Below, piece by piece: positions 52,836 to 64,000 of a stretch of 64,000 nucleotides of DNA. This DNA is from Monocercomonoides exilis PA203. Its lineage: Eukaryota; Protista; Preaxostyla. Each line of letters begins with the position of its first letter. Within the stretch, counting starts at the first letter, position 1. The stretch spans positions 1,736,001-1,800,000 of the forward strand of contig LSRY02000009.1 in the NCBI GenBank assembly GCA_001643675.2. The letters are read 5' to 3'. The notes under the pieces were generated by a model, which was not told where the DNA came from, searched no databases, and saw nothing but the letters and a program-made list of their open reading frames with translations. A program made the position numbers and the translations under genes.

Positions 52836-53232
52836 CAGATATCGCATAAAATACAGGACATCGCACAATATACCGGACAAGATCCATTTCACAATAACTG
52901 TAAGAAGAAAAATTCTGACTATTTTCCTCAAAACACACCTTGTCAATACAAACTCATTTGATAAACGAGACTTTCAAAACGGCTTTATTTGCGCTCAGAA
53001 AAAAATTTTTATCAAAATCTCGGAGAAACTCAAAAACCTATTTCTCCGAAAATACAAAAATAATTTATTCTGAGAACAAAAGAGGCTATTAAAAAAGTTT
53101 TGAATATCAAATGAGTTTGTACTGATGAGATATATTTTGAGGAAAATTGTCAGAATAACTTCTCTTACAGTTATTGTGAAATCGTTCTTGTCCGGTATTT
53201 TGTGCGATGTCCGGTATTTAATGCGATATCTG
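52836..53232. mobile_element. Hairpin MITE (Tc1/mariner-pogo-like), copy 2
   Basis: TA|CAGATATCGCATAAAATAC...GTATTTAATGCGATATCTG|TA, 397 bp, collinear with 15225-15602. Confidence 0.92.
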
Positions 53233-53699
53233 TATACATTAGAAAACAGTCATCATTGAAATTATAACATTAAGTTATGTGAATTCACACTCGTTTCAAA
53301 AAATGATCATATTCAAATTGGTTTTTTTATTTTATTTTTTTTATTTTTTTTTTTATTTTTTATTTTTTATTTTTATTTTTAATTTTTTATTTTTTTTCAT
53401 TTCTTTCTTTTCTTTTTTAAACGAATGAACATAAAATGATTTGTCAGTTAGATGATCTCGATTAATATTTTCCTGAAATTCATGACAAATTGTTTTTGGC
53501 CTTCATGTTGAATAAACAGACACAGATCATACCCATTTACCAAATATTGTTCTAATTGATTCAATAAAAAAAATTAAAGTTGTATCTTTATTTCATAATT
53601 CTACAAACGCAATTAGCTGTAATTGATCATTCAGAAAGTGTTTTTTCGAATTTTCCTTTTAATCAATACAATTCTTTCAACTGTGGCAAGTGAGGAAAG

Positions 53700-55010
53700 C
53701 ATTTTAATGTTTTCGACATCTCTTGGAATGACGGATGAATATCCACAAGATGAAAATTAATGCTTTCAAGTAACATTCTTTTCTCCCACTTTCCCACATC
53801 AACGGTCAATTGAAATACAAAGTTTAACATGGGAAATTTCTATATCGGCGTTTTCATGCTTCAAATGTTTACACTTAGTTATTTTCGAGTTGACGTTTCC
53901 ATGTGAATAGTGAATTCAGTTTCTTTGGTTTGCAGTTCATATTTTATTTTTTCCTTTGTGATTTATTTATCATTTCGTAATCCTAACTTCGATCCTGATA
54001 TTTTTTGGTGCTAAATTTTTTTCATGCAACTGTTAGTGCGTTGGTTTTCCAGATGGAACGTCTCTTGGATATTTAGCAGGAAATTATGTTTCGTTTGCAA
54101 TAATAGGATGTGCAGTTTATTTGGCATTTCTCATTATATACATAGCGGTTACAGCGATTTTTCAAGGCGTTATTTCTGGCTCGCTGCCGTGGGTCATTTC
54201 ACTTTTGTGCGAGCTTGTGAACATCACATTCTCTATTTTATTTATCCCATTGACTTCGATATGCATAACTATATTTGATTGCTATAAATCCGAAGGACAA
54301 ATGGTTAATCGGGGATTTGAAGGCAGTTGCTCGGGTTCATTGTTATCGTTTTTGGGATTTATTGTGTCAATGCTGGTACTTATTGTTCTTCTTATATCTT
54401 CAATATTTATAAACAATATGATATACAATCACAATCCGAAGCATGGTGAGCTATGGTCATCGCCAAGTGGGCTGTGGCAAGCGGTGGACTCGTCACTTGT
54501 GTTTGGATGTGTGTTTGTAATGAGAACGCCGATTGAATGACCTTTCCTGCATGGAGAGGTGAGTATTGGATCTTCTCTGGTGATGATAGAAATGTACTAA
54601 TATTTTGAACATATTCAGCCAATATACAAACTGGATGGAAACCTGCTGATGGAAAGTGAAATGATGCTTATTTGGATGTTTGAGAGATTTTCTTTTCGAA
54701 ATTGGACGTGCAATTATAAGAGAGAAAAGTTATTGGAAAAAGACTATTTAAGATGAGAGAAGTATCCAATCATAACAACCTTTTGAAAATCAACTTTCAG
54801 ACATTTGGAATAAAAGACCTTTTTTTGCTATACCCGCGATGAAGAAGCCTGAAAGAGTTTAGCCGTCATTGCGATTTGTGCAAGAGGAGAGCTGTCAGTT
54901 GATGATTCATTTGAAAATTGCAGATTCCATTTATTTATTTATTTATATACGAAAGTAGAATCCGAACAACAGCATGTTTTGCTTCAAATACACTACGTTT
55001 CTATCATCCA
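53700..55010 (+). pseudogene. Decayed N-terminal part of a polytopic membrane protein (resembles protist TmcB-like / PAS-receptor families)
   Basis: Hydrophobic helices with ILFIPLTSICITIFDC and YNHNPKHGELWSSPSG in 54121-54540; stops and frameshifts on either side. Family assignment is from recall only. Confidence 0.5.
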
Positions 55011-55222
55011 ATAGCAAAAAACAAAACAAAAAAAAAAAAAAAATTAAACCCACAAATATTTTGAAATGAGAATGTTATATGAAAAACAACATTTTGCTAT
55101 TAATTAATTTTACTTTGTTTCAAGTGTTCAGTTAAAAATAATTTTCATCTTTTTAATCGTTTATAAACTTTTTAAGTAATATAAAAATTGATCAGAAAAT
55201 TGATTGAAGAGCTATTTGCAGA

Positions 55223-58200
55223 ATGTTTTGGAGGATAATTCTTTTCCAAATTTTGGTGTCGACTTACGTACAAGAAGAGTAATCTGAATCAATAACAACA
55301 GTTTATGTGAAGCAAAGTGGGAAAGATGAAAAAAGCGGCTTGGAGATCGAACAGGAAAAGCCGTCATTGAACGATGCTTATTTTCAGCTAACCAACGATA
55401 GAGCGTGCCACATGAAGATTGTTAATGACGATAACCCATTGACTGCAGAAGCGATTACTTTTATCAAAGAATTTGGAATTACAATTGAAGGATGGAATAG
55501 TGAGGAAAATGGAAACACTGAAGTGGCAATAGACTGTGACGTTAATCCTAGAAGTGATCTATTCAAGTGTGAATGCACAGTGGAATTCAAATACTTGGCA
55601 TTTCATTTTCCAACATCATTGGAAAAAGAGAATCAAGATTATTCAATTTACTCATTAATCAAAGGTGATAAGGCATCGTTGTCCATAAGCAACTGCAGAT
55701 TTGTTCGACCAGAAGCAGAGTATTTAAATGTTAATTATGGTCTTGTGAATACATTTGGGGGTTCTTTAACAATGGACTTGGTTGAATGCGCAAATAATAA
55801 TTATGCATTCAGATTTGAGAAAGAAATGCTTTGCGCATATGGACCTCAAACAGTAATATTATCTAATTCGACTTTTATGAAAATTGAGACAAGTAAAGTT
55901 CCCATTATCACTATTTCAAGTGAAGGGAAATGTGATACAGAATTGAACGGATGCATGTTTTTTAAATGCAAAGTAGATACTCGTGGAACATTATATTTAG
56001 ATTCTCTAAATGAGGAAAGCACATTCTCTATTGGGGATGAAGCTCTCACGACTTTTTCATCATGTTATTGCAGTGATTATCATGGTTCTGGAGGAATATA
56101 TCTGATTATCCGAAATATGGAATCAGCAAATCAGCTTAACTGGCCCGAAGACGGAAGGAATCTAAGGTTTGAAAATTGTACAGCAGGAGAAGGCGAGTTA
56201 AATAGGAACATTGGAATATATTTGGAGATGGAGAATGACTCATTTTTTGAAGAAATTGCATTTGCAATGAAAAACAGTTTTGCGATTAATTATACAATAG
56301 CAGAGCACATGTGGTATATTACTGGATATGACTCTTTAAATTCAGAAGAGATCGATTTTGTATCCAAATTTTTTGATCAATTACTGCCTCCACCACAAAA
56401 ATTTTCAAGGATTTATGCGAAGTCTGGAGGTACAGGGAATGGTGAAAGCTTGGAGAATCCAATCGGGGTTCTGAATGAGAGCAATATTAATTTAGAACAG
56501 AATACGGAGTGTTTCATTGAAATTATCGCTACAAACAGTTCTGTTTTGGGGGAAGAAGCAATGTTTAACTCTAGCTATGGCATAACGATTGAAGGAGTGA
56601 GCAGCGATGGAAGTAGCAATGCGGAAGCGATTATCAATTGTAATGCTGGTCCACCGTCTGCTCTGTTCACATGCGTTGGAGAGGTGGAATTCAAGTATTT
56701 GGTGTTCAACATTTCCTCAGAGTTTGAGCGGGATGCTTTGATTAAATCAATTGAAAGATCAACATTACTTACTGTGAGCAATTGCCGATTTGTTGGAGTT
56801 GGATCGCAGTCATCAAAAGGAAGTGACTTATGTCGTTATGGCGCTGAATATATTACAGGTAGACTTGTGAGAGTTTCTGATGGAAAAGCTTCAATGAACA
56901 ATGTTTCATTCACAATTCATGCAGATTGTGCTTCACTTTACCCATCACCATTTCATTTTGAAGGAGTCAGTGAAGTTTCATTGAATGGAGTAAATGTGAG
57001 CAACGTAAAGATTATGAATAATGCCACATTTTTGTTTGAAGATTCAGAAGACAAAGCAACGAAAATTATTGTTGAGGGAATGAATGCTCAAAATGTGATT
57101 ACAACGTTCGGAGAAGCTGCAAGGTTTGCGATGTATTTGCGCTCAGAAGAATCGACAGTGTCGATTGGAAGGCAGAGCAGGTGCACATTCAAATCTTGCC
57201 TATCGACGGGAAAAGCAGGGGCAATATACATTCGGATGGAAAAGATAAAGCCAAATCTTCAGCTTCCTTCAGCAGGCAATTTGGATATTGACAGCTCAAA
57301 CAAGGTTGGTACGATGCCAAAACCTGCTTCCTTATTCATCGAAAGCGAAGGCATCGATGAATTCTGCAAACAAGAAAATGTGTTTCAGTTTGCGGATGCT
57401 TTCGAAGGATCGACAGCTGGATGGATAATGGGAAGAAAAAATGATCAATCCAATTATGAGGATTTGTATGAGAAGTATTTGAAGTGGAAGGAAGAAGGGC
57501 CAAAGGGAGATGATCCGAAGGAAGATGATCCGAAGGAAGATGATCCGAAGGATAAAGAGGATAAAGGAGGAAATGGAGGAAATGAAGGAAATGGAGAAGA
57601 AGAGAAGCCATTTGCTTGGTGGATTATTGTGATTGTTGTTGGAGTTGTGGCAGTTGTGGCAGTTGCTTGCGTCATTTTGATTGTGATGAAGAAGAAGAGG
57701 AGCTCAAAGAACAGGATTAATGTTGAGGATGAGGAGAACGAATCAGAAGGAAAAGGAGGAAAAGGAGGAAGAAACAAGAAACGAACAAAGCGAGGCGGTG
57801 AATTGGAAGAAGGGAGGCCAGCGAAGAACTTTGTGGTTGATGCTGATTCAGATGGAAGCAGCAGGAAAACTGATGATAGCGACGATGGTGATAATACTAC
57901 TGGAACATTAGAGGCAGAGCATGAAACAGAAGAAGAAGACAGAACAAAAAAAAATGCTGAGAAAGAAGCGGATTCGAAGGGAAATGAAAATGCATCGGTC
58001 AGACAGCATTTGGACAATGTCAAACAAAACATCAATGAAACTTTTGAGCAATTTGAACAAAAAGAGCAAAAGGAAAAAAATGGCAGTGCACTTATTACAA
58101 AAGCAGTCAGTCATGTTTTGTCTTCAACTTCTTCTTCTTCCTCTTTTTCTTCAGTTTTGAATGAAGGATTGCAAACAAAGGAATTGGCTGCGAATATCAA

Positions 58201-58246
58201 AGGATTAATTGCAGAAACAAATGTTATGTCGCCTTTGTCTGAATAA
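55223..58246 (+). CDS. Single-pass surface protein with two related Cys-containing ectodomain modules, TM helix and charged cytoplasmic tail; in-frame TAA at codon 20
   Basis: MFWRIILFQILVSTYVQEE*SESITTVYVKQSG is in frame with the 979 aa ORF. Duplicated module (YVKQSG..SG / YAKSGG.G.G; GITIEG; VEFKYL; SNCRFV), DDPKE repeats, TM WWIIVIVVGVVAVVAVACVILIV. Confidence 0.75.
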
Positions 58247-59641
58247 CCAAAGGGGAATATATTAAAATGGCCGAGGAAGATGTCAAAGAGAATGCCTTCA
58301 AAGAAGAAGAAGAAAGAAAGAAAGAAAAAGAAGGAAAAAAGAAGTATTTGAAGAGTATAAATGAGTTTAAACTGAAATACATATGATTTTAATTATTATT
58401 ATCGTATCGCTTTTATTATTTGCTCATATTTTTCTTTTTTCCTTCTATTTTTAAATTTTTTATTTTTATTTTTATTCAAAACCTGAATTGCATTCTCTTT
58501 GATTATTTTCCAGCTTTCAAAAGAAATCTTTAACTTTTTAAATTTATTTAATTATAAATCTGAATTTATTTTTATTTTTTTCTTATCTTATCTTATTTAT
58601 TTTATGATTTTCTCATTGAAATATCAATTGATATTTTTTGAGAAGCTCTTCATTGCATTTGCGATGTAACAAGTTTTTTGCTAACATTTCTTTAACTTCT
58701 TATTTTTCTTTATCTTGTTCTTCTTCTCTTTCTTCATTAAATGACTGATTTGTTACAAAATGCTACAACTTTTTTGAAAGTTGTAAGTATTTTTTTCTTG
58801 TTTCTTTGGTTTGAAATTGCATTTTTCTTCTCTTTTTGAAATTAAAAAAACACTTTTTTATTTTCTCTCTCTTTTTTTTTATGAAATGGCTTTTGTAATT
58901 AAACTTCTGTGTCACTTATCTCATCTCATCTCAACTCATTCATTCGTCCATTCATTCGATTTGATGTTCATTTTTTAAAATGACTCTAACTTTACAAAAC
59001 AATTTTATTTATTACGATTGGAAATAACAAAAGATATTTTCCCACTTTTTTCGTTCAAATTCATTCAACAAAAAAAATACTTTTTTTGAATGATTTGTGA
59101 AGCAATTTTCAAAAAGAAATTTAGAAAATTGAGATGATAATTTTATTTTTCATTATTCTCGTCAAATAATAATAGACTTTGCTTTTATTTCATAGTTATT
59201 CTCTTTCTCTCTTTCTCTTTCTCTCTTTCTCTCTTTCTCTCTTTTAAGTTTCTTTGTTGATGTTCTTTGAATCACTTTTTAAAGAAAAACAATTCATATT
59301 TAAATTGATTTTTATTTTCATTTTTTAATTTTATTGTTTCCAATAGTGAAAAAAAATGTAAAAGAATTAAAACAAAAAGAGTAAGATTGTTTTCCCTAAT
59401 GAAAAACATTATTTTAATTATAAAAATTTCGAAATTAACAAACAATATTCCCTGCTTTCTCCTTATTCTCCCTTAAAAATTGATCATTTTTCTAATTCCA
59501 CTTTTCGTTTAATTGGCTCCTTTTGAATGAAGTCTGTTGCTTTCACCATAGAAATTGCATTTCTGCTCTTCCATTGAAAAGTATTTTTTATTGCTTCTTC
59601 CATCTTGTTTTTCATATTCATCCACACATTCCTCATCTCTT

Positions 59642-59672
<31 letters not shown>

Positions 59673-59699
59673 CGTTCTTCATGCATTCGTCGCACATCC

Positions 59700-59870
59700 A
59701 GCCACAACAACAACAACAACAACAAGACAAACAGGAAGAAGAGGAAGAAGAAGAAGAAGAAGAGGAAGAGGAAGAAGGTGAAGGTGAAGGTGAAGGTGAA
59801 GGAGAAGGAGAAGGAGGAAAGGAAGAGGAAGAAGATGATGATGATAAAAACGATAATGATAATGATCAAG
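59700..59870. repeat. Compound (CAA)/(GAA)/(GAAGGT)/(GAT) microsatellite in a decayed acidic coding relic
   Basis: Directly visible. Confidence 0.8.
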
Positions 59871-60693
59871 AATTAAAAAATACATATAATTTCATTTGTC
59901 GAGGAGGTGCATATGAAAACAATGATAGCTTATACGAAGGTGATGAAGAAGAAGATGAAGATCTTATCGAGATGTCACATGTTGGATATATTCTATCAGA
60001 AGATATTCTCAACATCATAACCTCATTCTCTGCTCCAGCAAGCCAAGCTTTGACGATATAGCCCAAAGACGAGGGTAAAGTGTCTTTTTATAAATTCTTT
60101 TCATCTCCAATCGCAGTGAAAATTTCGGGTCCGTTCTCATCGTCTTGCTCTCCAGAGAGGAGATTTGTCATTTCAACAATAATTCGGATTCCTGGGCTTT
60201 GGAAAGGATACAGATGGAAATATCTTCACATTATATAGATAAATACAAAATACACACATGCTGATATTTTCATTCAAAATTAAATTGTTGCATTTCGTTT
60301 GTCTTCCGATTTCCAAAAATAAACAGAATGAATTTCCTCGTTCGCAATGTTTTTCCAGTGATTGATGTTAGCATGTGAAATAATACAATTAATTCTGCAG
60401 GAATAATTCATTCGCTGATCTCTCATCTTTCCAATGGATAATCTCGTTCAAAGAAAACCAATTGATCATTGAATCCATAACAAATAAATAAAAATCGAAA
60501 AAGCGTTGCATTTCTTTAAAATCCTTGGCCGGAATGTCAACAAAAGAAAAAACAGTATGAGCACGCATATTTTATTTGATTGTTTTGTGTTTTTATTTTT
60601 CATCTGCTTATTCTATTCGATCATATTCGAATTCAATGTGAATGGCTGAAATATTACTGCTTTCTTGAACAAATTGTTTTTAAAAAGAAAAAA

Positions 60694-62107
60694 ATGCAGG
60701 AGACAGACAACACAAAAATGTTCAATAGTTTGCAATTGTTATTGCAAGTGAATTTTTGCTTATTGCATTTTTTCTTTGTTTTTTATTGAAGAATTGTTAG
60801 ACGAGCTTGGAGATTGCAATGAGGAAGATCAAAAACAGAAAATCTCTGAAATGACGGGGATAATTGATGGAATGAATGAGGAAGAAATTAAATCCATTTT
60901 AACAGAAGAACTGTTCGACAAAATTCTTAAAATGACAGATGAAAAGAAATTGAGTTTTGGAAATGCCATTATGTTGTTAAAACACATTGGATATTGCATC
61001 AAGATGAAAAGAATTTTCATTCGAAGCTTTGAGAAATCTTCATTGAACAAAAAAATTGAAGAGATAATTATTAATGAAAATGAGAAAAAGGAAGGAATGG
61101 ATGAAAAGCTTCTTGCTGATCTTTGCGAATGCTATCTTTTGCTAACCTGCTGGCATCCATATGGATTTATATCGACAATCTGCATTCTATGCCTTCTGAA
61201 AGTTGCATCGAACAAAGAGGAAAGCGATGAAGTTAAGCATGAAGTTGAAATGGCGTTGCTGGCTTTGAGCAATAGTGGGTATTACGTATGAACATTTCAA
61301 TATCATTTTTGTTTTTTTGTTTTGCTTTGCTTTTATTAGGAAGTGCCAAAAGAACTGCATTTGAATGAAATCAAAGAGATTATTTTGCATCACCAGGAGC
61401 ATCAAAATCTGACACGACTTGCCTATCAGCGTGCTTGGGAGTTTATGATAATAAGACTTTATTGGGACAATAGCCTGAAAGAAGTGATTGTGAATGAACT
61501 GCATTTTGGAAGAGAGTCAACAAAAGAACTGGAAGAGTTGATGAAATGTGTGGATTGGAATAAGAATTTTAAGGAAATGAGCAAAGAAGAAGCGAATGAA
61601 GTGCTTTTAATCACGGGATGGATGAAAACAATAAAGTTATATTTTGACTTATGCGGATTAAGGAATGAAGAATTTGTTGGACTTATTGGCAGCATTGTTC
61701 AGGTGTTACGAGCATCAAGGTGCAATAATGGAGAAATTTACGTTGAATGCATTCATTCCATAAGTAAAGCAGCAATAAATAGAGCTGTGAAAGTTGATGA
61801 CTTATTGAAAGGAGGAGCAATCAATGCTATTTTGGAGGAGATTCATCGATCAACACTGGATGACGAAATAGCAATTGAATGCTTGCGATTCTTTATAGAT
61901 ATATCAAGAAGACTAAAAGATAAGGAGAAAGATGAAAAAGAAGATGCGAAAAGAAAGAAAACCAAAAGGAAAGTGTTTGAGTGGATGGAAGAAGAAGGAT
62001 ACGAAGATTGCGTTGAGAGTTTTCAAAAAATTTTGCATATTTTGAAATACTCTTTATGGGGAGAAGATTTATCGTTGATTATTTCTGATTATTTTGTGAA
62101 TATTTGA
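60694..62107 (+). CDS. 'KMEEEGYED' family protein, copy G5 (3 exons, mosaic)
   Basis: Introns 60728-60791 and 61286-61339; open frame ending YFVNI-TGA. Confidence 0.87.
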
Positions 62108-63612
62108 TTAAATGAGATACAGTTCGCTTTGCAACTCTTGATTTCGTCAAAGTTTAATTTTGAATCATTTTTTACTATCTGTATTACAAAAGAGAATTTT
62201 TTTGAATTTTTTATTTTATTTTTCATCTCCCTTTTCGCATTGAAATAAAACAAAATAATGATTTTTGCAATCGAAATATAAATTTACTTGTTTTTATTGG
62301 AAATATTTTTCGAGAAAAAATATGAATGGAGCATAAATGAAAATTGAACAGAAATTTTCACTTTCTCACAAAGAATATGTCAATAACGAATAAATGAGAA
62401 CACATTTCGGAAGATTTGGTTTTTTTGATATTTTTTTAGATAATGAGCAAAATTATATTTGTTTTTAAAAGAAAATGAAAAAGAATACGTTTTTTCTCAT
62501 TTTGGTTACCGAATTATTTTTTGAAGTGCAACATTTCTCATTTTTTTTTTGTGCATTTTTTATTTTATAAACTCATCAAAGAACTGTTTATAATGATTGA
62601 ATTTCACTCAAATAGTTGACCGTATTCAAATAATTGTATTTATGTAGAAAAATGAAACATAACGTTTTATAAAGAAAGGAAAATCACATGACAACAAAAA
62701 TATTGAAAACAACTTGTTTATCCTTTGTTTATTCATTTATGAAACATATTTAAAATCACTTTTTTTTTATCTGTATTTTCATTTTTTCCGTTTCAAGTGA
62801 ATTTATCGAGTGAATGGGAAAAGTTCAATATTTTTTCAATGCTCTGAAACAATGAATTTTCTTCAAAAAATAAAACCATTTGTGATCCGGGTGTGGATAT
62901 TGTGTTTGTGCCTCCATTGTTGTCGCATATCAACGTTATAGTGACTCTTCAAAATTATCTTGTTGACAGAACAGCGAAGCACTTTCCTCTTCACAAGATG
63001 CCTTTATCATCAACGTCCGCTCAAGTAATCAAACCTTCGTCTTTCATAAGGGAATTACCTTATGAGTGGAGAGAGATAACTGCGGATAGTGCAGCTGGAA
63101 GTATCTGGGGCGAAAGAATGTCATGTACTGTTGTCGTTGCTACTTCTGTCTTCACAGAAATTGCAGATGAAGTGGGACTGCATTTTTAGCAGGGAGAATA
63201 GCTCTGAATGGATGTTTTGTCCGGATTTGCATACGACGTGGCACTTTCAGAGAAGCTTTCTGTTTCGCTGGTGGCACCGACAATTTCGCTTGCAGCTTCG
63301 ATGGGAACGTAATTTGAGACGAAGTATCTTTTTTGCAGTGGCTGGAAATGTGTTCTTGGAGGCAATCATCTGTTTGTCACTTTGCTGCTTCAGTCGGCGA
63401 TATTGTTGATGGAGTTTTTTTTCTTACAGCAGCTGAGGTGTTTTTTTTAATGAAGATGGATGACGAAGCGATGTGGTAAGGGATTACACAGTCTCATGCG
63501 AGGAAGCAGCGAGGAGAAGGCGATGGAGAACGTGGGGTTGAAAATGGAGGATGTGGCTCTGCCACCAGCAATGATTGCGCCGGCAGTACTTGAGGAGCAG
63601 GAAGAGGCAGGA

Positions 63613-63750
63613 GAAGAAGAAGAAGAAGAAGAAGAAGAAGAAGAAGAAGAAGAAGAAGAAGAAGAAGAAGAAGAAGAAGAAGAAGAAGAAGAAGAAGAAG
63701 AAGAAGAAGAGGAGGAGGAGGAGGAGGAGGAGGAGGAGGAGGAGGAGGAG
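63613..63750. repeat. (GAA)n(GAG)n microsatellite
   Basis: Directly visible pure triplet run. Confidence 0.95.
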
Positions 63751-63764
63751 GATAAACCGAAGAA

Positions 63765-64000
63765 GAAGAAGATGATGATAAGATAATGATGAAGAAGAAA
63801 GCATAGAAGAGCATTTCCATTCCATATCATCAAAATTGGGCTGTGATGCCAAAGTTCCAAGATTTCTGTCTGCTCGTTTATCAAATCCAATAAAGGCATC
63901 AAATGGAAAGTGATTGAAGTAATCCTCTCAAATTTTGTTATCCTTTCAAAAGCATGGGCTGAAACAGAAGCTGATGATATTTATTTCATCTATTTCAATG
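63765..64000 (-). repeat. Inverted paralogue of 22547-22790, running off the window edge
   Basis: The ORF track shows near-identical peptides MASQPNFDDM(K/E)W(Q/K)CSS in both places. Confidence 0.85.

Noticed and set aside
1-64000. Genome-wide TAA/TAG-to-Gln recoding, suggested by single in-frame TAR codons at 4325, 12883, 41934, 55280 and 60059
   Set aside because: The 2518- and 979-codon ORFs contain no internal TAR despite many Gln codons in AT-rich DNA, and G3 ends in TAG exactly where its paralogues use TGA. The standard code fits.

Overview
AT-rich eukaryotic (protist) genomic DNA with short GT-AG introns, microsatellites and many decayed gene copies. The gene families resemble those of an oxymonad such as Monocercomonoides; this is an inference, not checked against a database. 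Contents: (1) a degenerate, near full-length DIRS-type tyrosine-recombinase retrotransposon (2969-7298, minus strand: gag-like ORF, RT-RNaseH-Dam-like methylase, overlapping YR ORF, ~70 bp inverted termini); (2) a Merlin/IS1595-type transposase pseudogene between Tc1/mariner-like TIRs (7832-11042); (3) two copies of a TA-flanked hairpin MITE, a ~1 kb foldback element and other TIR relics; (4) five apparently intact three-exon paralogues of a ~420-460 aa helical protein family ('KMEEEGYED' family) with a conserved scaffold, hypervariable patches and a mosaic, gene-conversion-like structure; (5) a ~2.6k aa Cys-rich receptor-like protein with a C-terminal pseudokinase lobe and a ~1k aa single-pass surface protein, each with one in-frame TAA shortly after a signal-peptide-like start; (6) a small two-exon membrane protein gene and several pseudogene fragments. 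No rRNA, tRNA or CRISPR was recognised. All alignments were made by eye.
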